A stretch of 63,495 nt of DNA, filler included. It is 3 parts of 3 records of this genome, joined end to end, with 100 filler letters (N's around TTAATTAATTAA, not from the genome) between each part and the next. Parts side by side here need not be neighbours in the genome. Positions count along the whole stretch, not along the records: positions 1 to 21,133 come from SRR20825006_1515; positions 21,234 to 47,867 come from SRR20825006_1518; 1 more part is not named here. One strand, given 5' to 3'. Each line of letters opens with the position of its first letter. Within the stretch, counting starts at the first letter, position 1. This document shows, piece after piece, positions 20,482-31,256 of this stretch. Under the pieces are notes generated by a model that was not told the DNA's origin, did not search any database, and was given only the letters and a program-made list of their open reading frames with translations. The position numbers and the translations under genes were made by a program.

Positions 20482-21133
20482 TCAGAGAGACGCCTCAGGA
20501 AAATGCCGCCGGGTACGATTAGCGATCACTACCAACGACAGCATCACCGGAACCTCAACCAGCACCCCAACCACTGTCGCAAGCGCCGCGCCTGAGTTCA
20601 GGCCGAAAAGGCCAATTGCCACGGCCACAGCCAGCTCGAAAAAATTGGATGTCCCAATCAAAGCCGCAGGGGCTGCTGTGCTGAACGGCACCCGCCATAT
20701 ATAAGCCCAGCCGTAGGCGATGACAAAAATACCGTATGTCTGGATCAGCAAAGGAACGGCAATCAACGCAATCACGAGCGGGCGGTCAAGGATCGTCTGG
20801 GCCTGAAACCCGAACAGGACAACAACAGTTGCCAGAAGACCCAAGATGGAAAAGGGCTTAATTGTGCCTGTAAACGCATCAATACGGGCCTGCGTGCTAC
20901 CGCCTTCCAGCCGCTTGCGTGTGATATAGCCAGCCAACAGGGGAAGAACCACATACAAGAGGACAGAGAAAAACAGAGTCTGCCACGGCACAATGATATC
21001 CGTGACCCCCAGCAGCAGGGCGCATAGAGGCGCAAAGGCAACCACCATGATCAGGTCGTTGATCGAAACCTGCACCAGCGTGTAATTGGCGTCGCCGCGC
21101 ACCAGTTGGCTCCAGACAAAGACCATTGCCGTG
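20482..21133 (-). CDS. acr3: Acr3 arsenite efflux transporter (5' truncated at contig end)
   Basis: Motifs [30 protein letters not shown] and [12 protein letters not shown]. Confidence 0.93.
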
Positions 21134-21233
21134 NNNNNNNNNNNNNNNNNNNNNNNNNNNNNNNNNNNNNNNNNNNNTTAATTAATTAANNNNNNNNNNN
21201 NNNNNNNNNNNNNNNNNNNNNNNNNNNNNNNNN
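21134..21233. other. artificial contig spacer (N44-TTAATTAATTAA-N44)
   Basis: N runs around a linker with stops in all six frames; composition shifts abruptly across it. Confidence 0.98.
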
Positions 21234-21549
21234 GGATTAATCCCCAAGTGGCTTTTTTTATGCCCTATCTTTTTTTGCTCTATTATGAGCATTGTTCTCA
21301 TCAGAATATTCGGAAGTATCTATTTGTTAGTTAAATATTCGTAGCAATAAGAATCCAGATACTAGAATAGTTTAAACCATTTTAAACAATGGTATTAACT
21401 GCTATTAAGGTTTTTATAATATGAATGCATAAGCGACGTTAAAATGCAACTTCTAATTATCTATTTATACCATTTTAACCAAACTTTCCATAAAAGAGTG
21501 GTATATTGTAGTCTTGCATAATCCATGTAAGAAAATCAAATTGTAAAAA

Positions 21550-23049
21550 ATGTCGAAATTGAATTTTTCCGAGTTTTTAATTGAATATAAAAACCGACTA
21601 TCAGATATTTTCGCTACTGAAGACGAAAAACATACTGACAGCTTAAAACGTGGAATAGAACCATCCACTCTAAATAAAATTGTTGAATTAGCTCCTCTTG
21701 GAGCATTTATTCCGTCTGAATACGGCGGTTTTGGTGGGCATACTCAAGAAGCTTTGGCTATGCTAGAAGCAAGCTCTTATCAGTCGCTACCACTTTCACT
21801 AATGATGGGTATTAACGGCGCATTATTTTTGCAGCCAATTGCAAATTACGGTAGTGAAGAAGCAAAGACGGAGATTTATGATAGAGTAATTAATGCAGGT
21901 AAAATGGGAGGGCTAATGATTACTGAACCTGATTATGGTTCAGATGCCCTCAAAATGCAAACATCATTCACAAAAAATGATGACTCTTATAATATCAAAG
22001 GAACAAAGCATTGGGCTGGTCTCACAGGAATGGCTGATTACTGGCTTATGACTGCTCGTGGTGAAGGTAAGAATGGTAATCTAGATAGAGATATTTCTTT
22101 CTTCATTCATGATAGTAGAAACGGTGGAATTGAGGTTGATGAATATTATAATAATCTTGGTTTATACATGCTTCCTTACGGACGTAATCAGATTGATATC
22201 AATGTAAACGAATCTCATAAGTTAAACCCGAGTAGTACTGGTATTACTATGATGCTAGACTTACTGCACCGTAGTAGACTACAGTTTCCTGGAATGGGAA
22301 TGGGTTTTCTAAAACGTATGATGGATGAAGCCATTACTCATTGCAAGGAGCGCTTTGTAGGCGGTCAAAGTTTGTTTAATTACGAGCAAGTTAAAAGCAG
22401 AATCTCTGAGCTTCAAGCTTATTTTACTGTTTGTTCTGCAATGTGTAATTACACGGGAAGCAACATACATTTATCAGACAATACAGCAAAAATGGATTTG
22501 GAAGCAAATGCTATTAAATCGGTTGTTACTGACTTTATGCAAAGAGCATCTCAATCTCTCCTTCAATTAACAGGAGCAAAAGGTTATAGACTAGACCATA
22601 TTGCTGGTCGCTCAACGGTTGATAGCCGTCCGTTCCAAATTTTTGAAGGCTCAAACGATATACTTTATCAACAGATATCAGAATCAGTTATGAAGATGAT
22701 GCGAAGAGTTAAGAGTACAAATTTATATGATTTTTTAAGTGAGTATAAATTCACCACAAAGTCTTCTGAACACTTTAAAGATTTATTAAACTTCGAACTT
22801 GATGTTAAGATGCCACAGAATAAGCTTGTTGAGCTTGGCCGTGCAATTGGTAGAATGGTTTCTATGGAGTTTACTATCGATTTAGGTGAGCAAGGCTTTA
22901 ACAAAGACCTTATCGAGAATGCAGTAACTACATTGAAGGATGAGATCAATACCATCATGCGCATGTTTGATGTAAGTGGTTCAGCTAAAGTTGTTGAAGA
23001 CTTTGAAATGGATAGTTCTTGGTTTAACCTCCAAACAGTGAATGCATAA
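21550..23049 (+). CDS. acyl-CoA dehydrogenase family protein
   Basis: Motifs IPSEYGGFG, ITEPDYGSD, GTKHW, QLTGAKGY and IFEGSNDIL. Confidence 0.9.
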   Translation: MSKLNFSEFLIEYKNRLSDIFATEDEKHTDSLKRGIEPSTLNKIVELAPLGAFIPSEYGGFGGHTQEALAMLEASSYQSLPLSLMMGINGALFLQPIANYGSEEAKTEIYDRVINAGKMGGLMITEPDYGSDALKMQTSFTKNDDSYNIKGTKHWAGLTGMADYWLMTARGEGKNGNLDRDISFFIHDSRNGGIEVDEYYNNLGLYMLPYGRNQIDINVNESHKLNPSSTGITMMLDLLHRSRLQFPGMGMGFLKRMMDEAITHCKERFVGGQSLFNYEQVKSRISELQAYFTVCSAMCNYTGSNIHLSDNTAKMDLEANAIKSVVTDFMQRASQSLLQLTGAKGYRLDHIAGRSTVDSRPFQIFEGSNDILYQQISESVMKMMRRVKSTNLYDFLSEYKFTTKSSEHFKDLLNFELDVKMPQNKLVELGRAIGRMVSMEFTIDLGEQGFNKDLIENAVTTLKDEINTIMRMFDVSGSAKVVEDFEMDSSWFNLQTVNA

Positions 23050-23740
23050 AAAGAAGCTTGCAGTATTAACAGGTGCCGGAATCAGTGCTGAAAGTGGGTT
23101 AGCTACTTTCAGAGATTCTGGAGGGCTTTGGGAAGGCTTTGATATAAATGAAGTCGCTACCCTTGAGGCATGGACGATAAATCCTAAAAAGGTTTTAGAC
23201 TTCTATAACTTAAGACGCACGCAAGCTTTAATAGCCCAACCTAACCTAGCTCATAAAGGGCTTGCAGCTTTAGAAAGTCATTTTGAAGTGCAAATTATTA
23301 CGCAGAATGTGGATGATTTACATGAAAAAGCAGGAAGTAAAAATGTATTACATCTGCATGGGGAGCTTAATAAAGCACGGAGCGAACTAAACGAAGATAT
23401 TATCGTTGATATAGGAAGCAATCCGATTAACATTGGCGATTTGGCTGAAGATGGAGCACAGCTTCGCCCACACATTGTGTGGTTTGGGGAAATGGTCCCT
23501 ATGCTAGGGCAAGCCATTAATATTATTGAGAAAGCCGACGTACTTGTTGTAATTGGCTCTTCCTTAGTAGTATATCCTGCGGCTGGTTTAGTTCATTATG
23601 CTAAACCAAATATCCCAAAGTACATCATTGATCCCTCCATTCCACAGCTTACAAGTTATAACGGCTGGGTTCATATAAAAGAATGTGGAACTATAGGAGT
23701 TGAACAACTAATAAAGAAATTAAAAGAAGATTATGAGTAA
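23042..23740 (+). CDS. cobB: NAD-dependent protein deacylase (sirtuin, class III)
   Basis: Motifs GAGISAESG..TFR, TQNVDDLHE, LHG, RPHIVWFGE and GSSL.VYPAA. Confidence 0.93.
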   Translation: MHKKKLAVLTGAGISAESGLATFRDSGGLWEGFDINEVATLEAWTINPKKVLDFYNLRRTQALIAQPNLAHKGLAALESHFEVQIITQNVDDLHEKAGSKNVLHLHGELNKARSELNEDIIVDIGSNPINIGDLAEDGAQLRPHIVWFGEMVPMLGQAINIIEKADVLVVIGSSLVVYPAAGLVHYAKPNIPKYIIDPSIPQLTSYNGWVHIKECGTIGVEQLIKKLKEDYE

Positions 23741-24593
23741 AGCATCAGCAGAAGAAAGAGAAATACTTGAACAATTTATGTTGCCTTTTTTACATCTAAA
23801 AAAGAGACACCCACTGCTTCCTGGTAAAGAAAATGAAGAGGCAGAAGCTCTGCTTATGGGAATTTCTGTAGAAGAATTGAAGAAATATCGTTTAAACTTT
23901 GACGAGAATGCGAAACAAGCTGCATTAGAACTTTTGAAAGAAGATGAGATTGTAGATATAATCACCAATTTACCTTTAGATGGTACTGAAACATTTGCAG
24001 CATTAGGAGATTCGATTACAGAAGATGCGCAAGGTTGGTTTGAAATACTACGCCACATTCTCACAATTTCCGTTGAGAAAGAAAGTTTTACCTTCATAAA
24101 TGCAGGTGTTGCTTACAACACAACAACCGATGCATTAAGAAGAATTGATAGAGATGTTTTAATTCAAGAGCCAGATTGGGTATTTGTAGCTCTTGGAACT
24201 TTTGATGCACAACGCTTAAACATAGCTCCAGATAGAACATTGATTCCTCTTTCTGAAAGTTGGGAAAATCTAGAAACTATTCAGAATATTCTTGATGAAA
24301 CTATATCGAACCCCGCTTTTTGGATTACACCTGCACCAGTATTGAATGAACTATTGGCGGCAAATCCTCTATACGAGTATTCTATAGAGCCTTCTGATTT
24401 AGCCCAAGTTCAGCAACTTGTTGCTGGTAAGTCTGGAGTGATAATAGATTCTTTAGGCACAAGAATGGGTAAAGAAGGTCCCGAAGCTTGGAATTATCAA
24501 AGTGATGGATTACATCACTCACTTTCAGGGCACATGAATGTGGTTAGGCTGATTCTTAAAAAAATGCTAGAAGCAGAAATTCCTAAAAGTTAA
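23733..24593 (+). CDS. SGNH/GDSL hydrolase
   Basis: Blocks GDSIT, NAGV, LGTFD and DGLH. Confidence 0.85.
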   Translation: MSKASAEEREILEQFMLPFLHLKKRHPLLPGKENEEAEALLMGISVEELKKYRLNFDENAKQAALELLKEDEIVDIITNLPLDGTETFAALGDSITEDAQGWFEILRHILTISVEKESFTFINAGVAYNTTTDALRRIDRDVLIQEPDWVFVALGTFDAQRLNIAPDRTLIPLSESWENLETIQNILDETISNPAFWITPAPVLNELLAANPLYEYSIEPSDLAQVQQLVAGKSGVIIDSLGTRMGKEGPEAWNYQSDGLHHSLSGHMNVVRLILKKMLEAEIPKS

Positions 24594-25242
24594 TTCTTAG
24601 GTTCATAACATCAACTGCTGGTGATAGTGATAAGCTAAAATCAGCAGACTTTGTTTGAATAACAGTAGGGTTTACAAATCCTAAACTCGTTCCATTTTCA
24701 AAGTTCACACCAAGTAATCCACTCGCAGTACTAGGAGGTGTATAGGCAGCCATCGATGGTGCAGAAGATCTTTTTGCTAATACAAAAGTGTCGAATAAGC
24801 CAAAGCCAAATCCAGCCCAAGCGCCGATAGAAGCACCATATTGTAATCCTTCAACAATAGGTTCGTTTGCCACAAGCATTACAGAAGTTACAACAATAGA
24901 TCCAACGGCAGCGCCATAAAAGGTATCAAGTAAAACTATTATACTACTGTTGTTTCCGTCATTGAAAAGTCCAGAAACAACGATATCGCGTCCCCCAGCT
25001 TGGGAAATATCATAAGCGCCCATCCCTAGACCGTAAAGAGTTCCAAGCCCTACACCAACTCTTAAAGCACCAAAATCATCGCTATTAGAAAGCCCCATCG
25101 CGGCTCCACCTAATAACGTTCCTTGAAGTGCGCCATTAAGCGTGTTTCCGGCAACTATTTCAACTGACTGTGCCTGAACAGTGGTACTAATGGTTGCTAA
25201 TAGAAATAGAAGAGTGAGCGAAAACGCAAAAATCTTTTTCAT
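24583..25242 (-). CDS. exported glycine-rich hypothetical protein
   Basis: Signal peptide, two Gly-zipper-like repeats, C-terminal Phe. Confidence 0.7.
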   Translation of the reverse strand: MKKIFAFSLTLLFLLATISTTVQAQSVEIVAGNTLNGALQGTLLGGAAMGLSNSDDFGALRVGVGLGTLYGLGMGAYDISQAGGRDIVVSGLFNDGNNSSIIVLLDTFYGAAVGSIVVTSVMLVANEPIVEGLQYGASIGAWAGFGFGLFDTFVLAKRSSAPSMAAYTPPSTASGLLGVNFENGTSLGFVNPTVIQTKSADFSLSLSPAVDVMNLRINF

Positions 25243-25301
25243 GCTTTAAGTTGGTTTATTTTTTTTAAGAAGGTAGTAATTAAATATAGGGTTTACCAAG
25301 C

Positions 25302-25994
25302 TTAATCGGGATTATTAAGAGCAACAGGTAGAATTTTACCGTTGAAGAATTGGTGACCTGAAACAATGAAATCTGAAATATACTCACCCATTTGTTCTGG
25401 CTTTACTGGAGCCTCATAACCAGGGAAAGCTTCGGCAAGCATTTCGGTTTGAACTGCACCTAGACAGAGGCAATTTACTGCAATTTTTGAAGAAGTTAAT
25501 TCAGTACTTAAGCACTCAGTAAGAATAGCTAAAGCTCCTTTAGAAGCCGAATATGCCGATAAACCAGCAAACTTGGAACTACCCTGAAAGCCACCCATGC
25601 TACTAATATTGAGAATATGAGATCCTTTGGCCATATATGGTAAAAGTGATTGTGTAAGTTGTACAGAAGAAAACACATTCACTTCGAAAACAGAACGCCA
25701 CTCAGCAATGTTGGTTTCTTCAAAAGATTTATTAAGAACTACACCCGCGTTATTAATGAGGCCTGAAATAGGTGCCAATTGCGAAATTTTTTCTTTTATA
25801 GATTCAATATCATCAGAAAGTGTTAGATCTGCTTTGATGGTTATTAAATTTGGAGAATTCGACTCTAACTGTAGCCTAATTAGTTTGTCGGCAGATCTAG
25901 CAATGGCCACAACTCGATGATTTTTCTTAAGGAGTGAAAGGGCTGTTTGATAACCAATTCCTTTACTTGCTCCAGTAATAATGTATGTCTTCAT
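25302..25994 (-). CDS. short-chain dehydrogenase/reductase
   Basis: Motifs TGASKGIG, NNAG and YSASK. Confidence 0.93.
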   Translation of the reverse strand: MKTYIITGASKGIGYQTALSLLKKNHRVVAIARSADKLIRLQLESNSPNLITIKADLTLSDDIESIKEKISQLAPISGLINNAGVVLNKSFEETNIAEWRSVFEVNVFSSVQLTQSLLPYMAKGSHILNISSMGGFQGSSKFAGLSAYSASKGALAILTECLSTELTSSKIAVNCLCLGAVQTEMLAEAFPGYEAPVKPEQMGEYISDFIVSGHQFFNGKILPVALNNPD

Positions 25995-26142
25995 AGAAAT
26001 TTTCTTCCCTCAGTTTCCTAAAAGGTACGGAATGCAAATTGTTTACAAAACATTAAACAATTTGAGTTTAAATTGATGGAAAAAGCGCTTTTTTATGGAT
26101 ATCTTAAAGGGCTATAATGGAATTAATATATTTATATACTAA

Positions 26143-27264
26143 ATGAGTCAACGTCCGAATAAGCCTCTTGTGCCCAGTAATATTGAACAGTTAAGTCGTT
26201 ATATTGCTGGCAAAACCATTGCAGAGGTTGAGGAAGTTTATAAACCCAAACGCATTGCAAAGTTAGCATCTAACGAAAACCGCTTAGGTTTCAGCCCGAA
26301 GGTAAAAGAAAGTATCGAAGAGGCATTGTCGGGAGCCCATAATTATCCAGACCCTATTGCGCGAGATTTAAGAAAAGCAATTGCGATAAGAAATGGAGTA
26401 AAGGAAACGGAAGTTATAATTGCGGCGGGCTCTGAGAGTATTATTGCAATGCTCTGCCGTACTTTTTTCCTAAATAAACAAAATGCAATTACAGCAGATG
26501 CGACGTTCGTTGGCTTTTTTGTTCAAATAGGCGTGCGAGGTGCACATCTTAAAAAAGTACCTGTAACTAAAGACTTTCGGTTTGATGTAAAAGCCATAGT
26601 CAATGCTATTGATGAAGACACTAAAATGGTTTACATCGCCAATCCAAATAACCCGACAGGCACCTACATTACTAAGGAAGAATATGAATGGATGATGACA
26701 AAAATTCCAAGTGATGTGTTGGTTGTTATGGACGAAGCTTATTACGAGTTTGCTGAAAGAGTGGAAGATTACCCTCATGCATTAGATTATGGACATGAAA
26801 ATGTAATTGTGCTCCGTACTTTTTCAAAAGCGTATGGATTGGCAGGCTTTCGAGTGGGATATGCAATTGCCCGCGAAGAGATTATCAATTATTTATTAAA
26901 AACGAAGCTAACATTTGAACCATCAGCTTTAGCACAAGCCGCAGCATTAGCAGCATATAACGACCTTGAGTTTTTAGAAAAAGGTTTGGGCGTTATTGAG
27001 GAAGGGAAACATAGATTGTACGCCTTTTTTGATAAGCATAACGTTGAGTATGTTCGATCTATTTCCAATTCTGTTATGATGGTGTTTTCAACCGAAGAAA
27101 AAGCGATAGTTTTTACACAATCAATGCTGGAAAAAGGAGTAATATTGCGTCGCATCAATGCATTTGGACTACCAAAATGCGTGCGTATCAGTATTGGCCT
27201 GAAAGAGGACATGGATCAATTTGAATGGGCATACGAAGAAATTTTAGATTCAAAAGGGAAGTAG
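26143..27264 (+). CDS. hisC: histidinol-phosphate/aromatic aminotransferase (HisC family)
   Basis: Motifs KLASNEN, YPD, NPNNPTG, DEAYYE and RTFSKAYGLAGFRVGY. Confidence 0.85.
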   Translation: MSQRPNKPLVPSNIEQLSRYIAGKTIAEVEEVYKPKRIAKLASNENRLGFSPKVKESIEEALSGAHNYPDPIARDLRKAIAIRNGVKETEVIIAAGSESIIAMLCRTFFLNKQNAITADATFVGFFVQIGVRGAHLKKVPVTKDFRFDVKAIVNAIDEDTKMVYIANPNNPTGTYITKEEYEWMMTKIPSDVLVVMDEAYYEFAERVEDYPHALDYGHENVIVLRTFSKAYGLAGFRVGYAIAREEIINYLLKTKLTFEPSALAQAAALAAYNDLEFLEKGLGVIEEGKHRLYAFFDKHNVEYVRSISNSVMMVFSTEEKAIVFTQSMLEKGVILRRINAFGLPKCVRISIGLKEDMDQFEWAYEEILDSKGK

Positions 27265-27268
27265 AATA

Positions 27269-29359
27269 ATGGCGAAGACTAAAAAATCTGCAAAGAAAAA
27301 AGAACAATCCAAATCTGTAAATGTAGATTGGAAAGATGTTGCTCGCTTAATGTTGACTTCTCGTGCAATGGATGAGAAAGAAGAGACGGAACTGGTTCCG
27401 CAAAAAAAAGTACTGTATCAGTTTTCTGCTAGAGGACATGAACTTGGGCAGATTCTATTGGCAAAATTATTAACAAATAAGAACGATGCAGCAAGCGCTT
27501 ATTATAGATCAAGACCTGTTCTTTTAACTCTAGGTTTAGATTTGGAAGACGCTATGGCAGCCTCGATGGGAAAGTCTGGTGGCTACAGTGATGGGCGTGA
27601 TATTGGTGTGGTTTGTAATAAACCTGATGCTGATGGACCAAAGGTGCTGCCAATGGCCGGTGATGTTGGCTCGCAATATACTCCTGCAATTGGTTGGGCT
27701 CAGGCGATAGAATACCGCATAAATGTACTTAAGGAAAAAGAGTATGAGAATGCAATATCTGTGATACTTGGTGGCGATGGTTCTGTTGCAACAAATGGTT
27801 TTTGGTCGGCACTGACCATAGCAACAACACAGAACCTGCCCGTTCTGTTTTATATTGAAGATAACGGCTATGGAATTTCGGTTACAAGTGATTTTCAAAC
27901 TCCAGGTGGTGTTATTACTGATAATCTACAATCGTTTAAGAATTTAAGAATTATTGAAGGAGACGGAACTGAGCCAGAAGAAGCTGCAGCTTTAATGGAA
28001 GAAGCTGTTTCTTATGTGCGTGATAGAAAAGGCCCCGCAATGATACGACTACGTGTGCCAAGGCTAAATGGACATTCCTATCAAGATAATCAAGCGTATA
28101 AACCCAACGAATTTGTTGACGAGGAAAAGAAAAGAGATCCTCTGACAAAGCTTCAGAGCTATTTAGTGCCAAATCACCTTTCTAAAAAAGCTTGGAATAC
28201 GCTAGAAAAGAAAGCCAAAGAAACGATTGAGCAAGTTGCTGAAGCGGCGTATAATAGACCAGAGCCTGATGAAACACTTACAGGAAAATATGCTTTTTAT
28301 GAAGAAAATGAGCCGCAAACCATTGGGGGATTAATAGTAAATGGGCATGAATTTCCCTTACAAAGTGAGGTGGCAACACCTGAAAAACAACGGATTAATA
28401 TTGTTGAAGGGATTCGTAAGACATTGGACTATGAACTTTCAACAAACAAAAAGTTGTTAGTTTTTGGAGAAGATGTTGGTTTAAAAGGTGGTGTTCATGC
28501 AGCCACAATGGATTTGCAATCCAAGTTTGGAGATGAGCGGGTTTTCGATACGAGTTTATCGGAAGAAGGAATTATCGGTAGAGCAGTAGGAATGGCTTAT
28601 GCAGGGTTAATGCCTGTTGCTGAAATTCAGTTCCGAAAATATGCCGACCCAGCTACGGAGCAGCTTAATAATTGTGGAACAACACGATGGAGAACCGCAA
28701 ACCGTTTTGCCGCGCCTATTGTAGTTCGTATGCCAGGAGGCTTTGCTAAGTGTGGAGATCCTTGGCATAGTATGAGTAATGAAGTGTTTTTTACGCATGC
28801 AATTGGCTGGCAGGTAGCCATGCCAAGTAACGCTGAGGATGCTGTCGGACTTCTCCGTACGGCAATGCGTTCGAACAACCCAACAATCTTTTTTGAGCAT
28901 CGAAACCTGTTAGATGCAAAATATGCTCGTAAGCCCTACCCCGGGGATGAATTCGTAGTTCCATTCGGAAAGGCCAAAAAGCTTAAAGAAGGAAATGACA
29001 TCACCATTATTACTTGGGGTGCCATGTGTGAACGTAGCGAACAAGCGGTAGAAGAGATGGGGATTTCTGCAGATGTAATAGATTTACGAACACTGATGCC
29101 TTGGGACAAAGAAACTTGTTTAGAATCGTTGAAAAAAACCAATAAATGTCTGGTTGTTCACGAAGATAATAAGACAGCAGGTTTCGGCTCTGAGATTATT
29201 ACAACTCTTACAAATGAGGCGTTTAAATATCTCGACGCACCCATAGCCAGACTCACCATGCCAGACATACCTGTACCTTATAACCTAGGGCTCATGGATT
29301 CTGTGCTACCAAATGTTGGAAAAATCATCAAAAAGCTCGATTACCTACTTTCGTATTAG
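27269..29359 (+). CDS. 2-oxoacid dehydrogenase E1, fused alpha+beta
   Basis: TPP motif GDG...N, GEDVG..GGV, DTSLSEEGIIG.AVG, EIQF, DVIDLRTL.P; no alpha/beta split. Confidence 0.92.
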   Translation: MAKTKKSAKKKEQSKSVNVDWKDVARLMLTSRAMDEKEETELVPQKKVLYQFSARGHELGQILLAKLLTNKNDAASAYYRSRPVLLTLGLDLEDAMAASMGKSGGYSDGRDIGVVCNKPDADGPKVLPMAGDVGSQYTPAIGWAQAIEYRINVLKEKEYENAISVILGGDGSVATNGFWSALTIATTQNLPVLFYIEDNGYGISVTSDFQTPGGVITDNLQSFKNLRIIEGDGTEPEEAAALMEEAVSYVRDRKGPAMIRLRVPRLNGHSYQDNQAYKPNEFVDEEKKRDPLTKLQSYLVPNHLSKKAWNTLEKKAKETIEQVAEAAYNRPEPDETLTGKYAFYEENEPQTIGGLIVNGHEFPLQSEVATPEKQRINIVEGIRKTLDYELSTNKKLLVFGEDVGLKGGVHAATMDLQSKFGDERVFDTSLSEEGIIGRAVGMAYAGLMPVAEIQFRKYADPATEQLNNCGTTRWRTANRFAAPIVVRMPGGFAKCGDPWHSMSNEVFFTHAIGWQVAMPSNAEDAVGLLRTAMRSNNPTIFFEHRNLLDAKYARKPYPGDEFVVPFGKAKKLKEGNDITIITWGAMCERSEQAVEEMGISADVIDLRTLMPWDKETCLESLKKTNKCLVVHEDNKTAGFGSEIITTLTNEAFKYLDAPIARLTMPDIPVPYNLGLMDSVLPNVGKIIKKLDYLLSY

Positions 29360-29435
29360 TACCGAAGCCATTTGTTACACAATTATTTTATAATTCTTAA
29401 TCGTGGTTATTAATACTGTCTTTAGATAACTTTAT

Positions 29436-31256
29436 TTGCTAAAACAAATAAGGGTAAAATTGAGCCTAGGTAAAAGAATTGTATTGAGTTTTGTATTTCT
29501 TAGTGTGCTGCTAGGCGGCTTGGGAATACTTTGGGAAGTTCATTATGAGAGGATAATTAACCAGCAACTCAAAGAAAGTAGAGAAGCTTCATTATTAGTG
29601 GAATACACTAATAGCATGGAAATAAGTTTATATCAGAGTTTGTTGTATTTGAATTCCATTCGCGAAGTAAACCAAGTACCAATTTTAGAGCAAGGTATTC
29701 AGATAATACCGACTATAGCTTTTTTATCGGATGGATTTAATGAAGAAGCTCAAAAATTCAATATGGCTTTTGATACTCTCGAAGCTCTTCTTGGCAAGAA
29801 CCCTCCCTTTTTTAACGAAATTTCAGAACTAAGAAAAAGATTTCTCTTATACACTTCACTTTCTACTGAATGGTTGGGGCTTGTAAAAGAAGATTCTGAT
29901 TTGGCTAACGAGATGTTCATGTCGTCATTAGAGCCGTATTTCAGAACGCATATTATGCCTAAAGTATCTGAAATAAGAAAAAAAGTGGTGTCTAGGCAAG
30001 AAGAGAAAATTAAAGACTTAGACGCTGAGTTATCTGTAGCGAGGAAAGCGAACTTGATAGCTAGTTCTTTCGCTTTAATACTTGGTTTTTTATTGGCTCT
30101 GTATATCTATAGGTCTATTGCACGTCCTCTAAAGAGTTTAATTAATGCTGTTAATAAACTAGGTGAAGGTGATCTTAAATTTAGAATCGATTCAATATCT
30201 AAAGATGAATTTGGGCATTTAGCCACAGCTTTTAATAAAATGGCTCATAATCTCGAAACGAAAACGATTTCAACCGATTACCTTGATAATTTATTAGAAT
30301 CTATAGAAGAAGCTATTTTTGTTGCAGATGAAGATGGGAAAGTTACTAAGGTGAATAGTGCAGCGGCAGCTATGCTAGATTATAGTAGAAGCAAATTGTT
30401 AGGTAAACAACTTAAAAATTTCTTTTACCTAACTGATCTTGATGAGGATGATGATCAGTCTTTGAATAAAAGTTCATCGAGAGAGTATAATTTAGTTACG
30501 AGCAAAAACAGCCAAATTCCGGTATTATTTTCACAGGCTGAATTGATTGAAAATGGCATAAGGAGAGGCACTGTAAATGTAGCTAGCGATATAAGCGAGT
30601 TAAAAGCTGCTGAGCTAGAATTGAAAGTAGCTCTTCAAGAAAAAGGGCTTATGTTAGCCGAGATTCATCATAGGGTTAAAAACAATCTAGCTGTAATTTC
30701 AGGACTCTTACAGCTTCAAAGTTTCCAAAGTGAGAATGAAGAAGTTAGCAAAGCATTAACCGACAGCCAGTATCGAGTTCAGTCGATTGCTTTAGTGCAT
30801 GAAATGCTGTATCAAAGTGAATCGTTGGCATATATAAATTATGATCAATACGTAAAAGACTTAATGCAGAATATAAAAGCGATGCATTTATCGAGCCACA
30901 AAGATATTAACCTTATTGCTGAGATAGAGCCATTTTCCTTGAATATTAATCAAGCAATATCATGTTCGCTTTTAATAAACGAAGTACTAGTAAATTCATT
31001 TAAGCATGCGTTTACAGATCAAGATAATGGATTTATAAAAGTTCAAGCTCAAGAAGTTGATGGAGATGTAATTATAAATATATCGGATGATGGAAAGGGT
31101 GTAAATCACGATGATTTCTATAAATCATCATCATTAGGAGCAACGTTAATAAAAACTCTTTCAAGCCAATTATATGGCTCATTCGAAGTGCAAGAACAAC
31201 CGGGCGGTAGAGGCTCAATGTTTGTGTTTAGATTCAAGAAAGAATCAGCCGAGTAA
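29436..31256 (+). CDS. membrane sensor histidine kinase (4HB-HAMP-PAS-HisKA_2-HATPase)
   Basis: HAMP DEFGHLA, PAS, EIHHRVKNNL, NEVLVNSFKHAF and DDGKG. Confidence 0.9.
   Translation: MLKQIRVKLSLGKRIVLSFVFLSVLLGGLGILWEVHYERIINQQLKESREASLLVEYTNSMEISLYQSLLYLNSIREVNQVPILEQGIQIIPTIAFLSDGFNEEAQKFNMAFDTLEALLGKNPPFFNEISELRKRFLLYTSLSTEWLGLVKEDSDLANEMFMSSLEPYFRTHIMPKVSEIRKKVVSRQEEKIKDLDAELSVARKANLIASSFALILGFLLALYIYRSIARPLKSLINAVNKLGEGDLKFRIDSISKDEFGHLATAFNKMAHNLETKTISTDYLDNLLESIEEAIFVADEDGKVTKVNSAAAAMLDYSRSKLLGKQLKNFFYLTDLDEDDDQSLNKSSSREYNLVTSKNSQIPVLFSQAELIENGIRRGTVNVASDISELKAAELELKVALQEKGLMLAEIHHRVKNNLAVISGLLQLQSFQSENEEVSKALTDSQYRVQSIALVHEMLYQSESLAYINYDQYVKDLMQNIKAMHLSSHKDINLIAEIEPFSLNINQAISCSLLINEVLVNSFKHAFTDQDNGFIKVQAQEVDGDVIINISDDGKGVNHDDFYKSSSLGATLIKTLSSQLYGSFEVQEQPGGRGSMFVFRFKKESAE

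Noticed and set aside
21134-21233. TTAATTAATTAA palindrome within N runs (repeated at 47912-47923)
   Set aside because: Artificial concatenation linker. No biological linkage across it should be inferred, and the composition shifts are not genomic islands.
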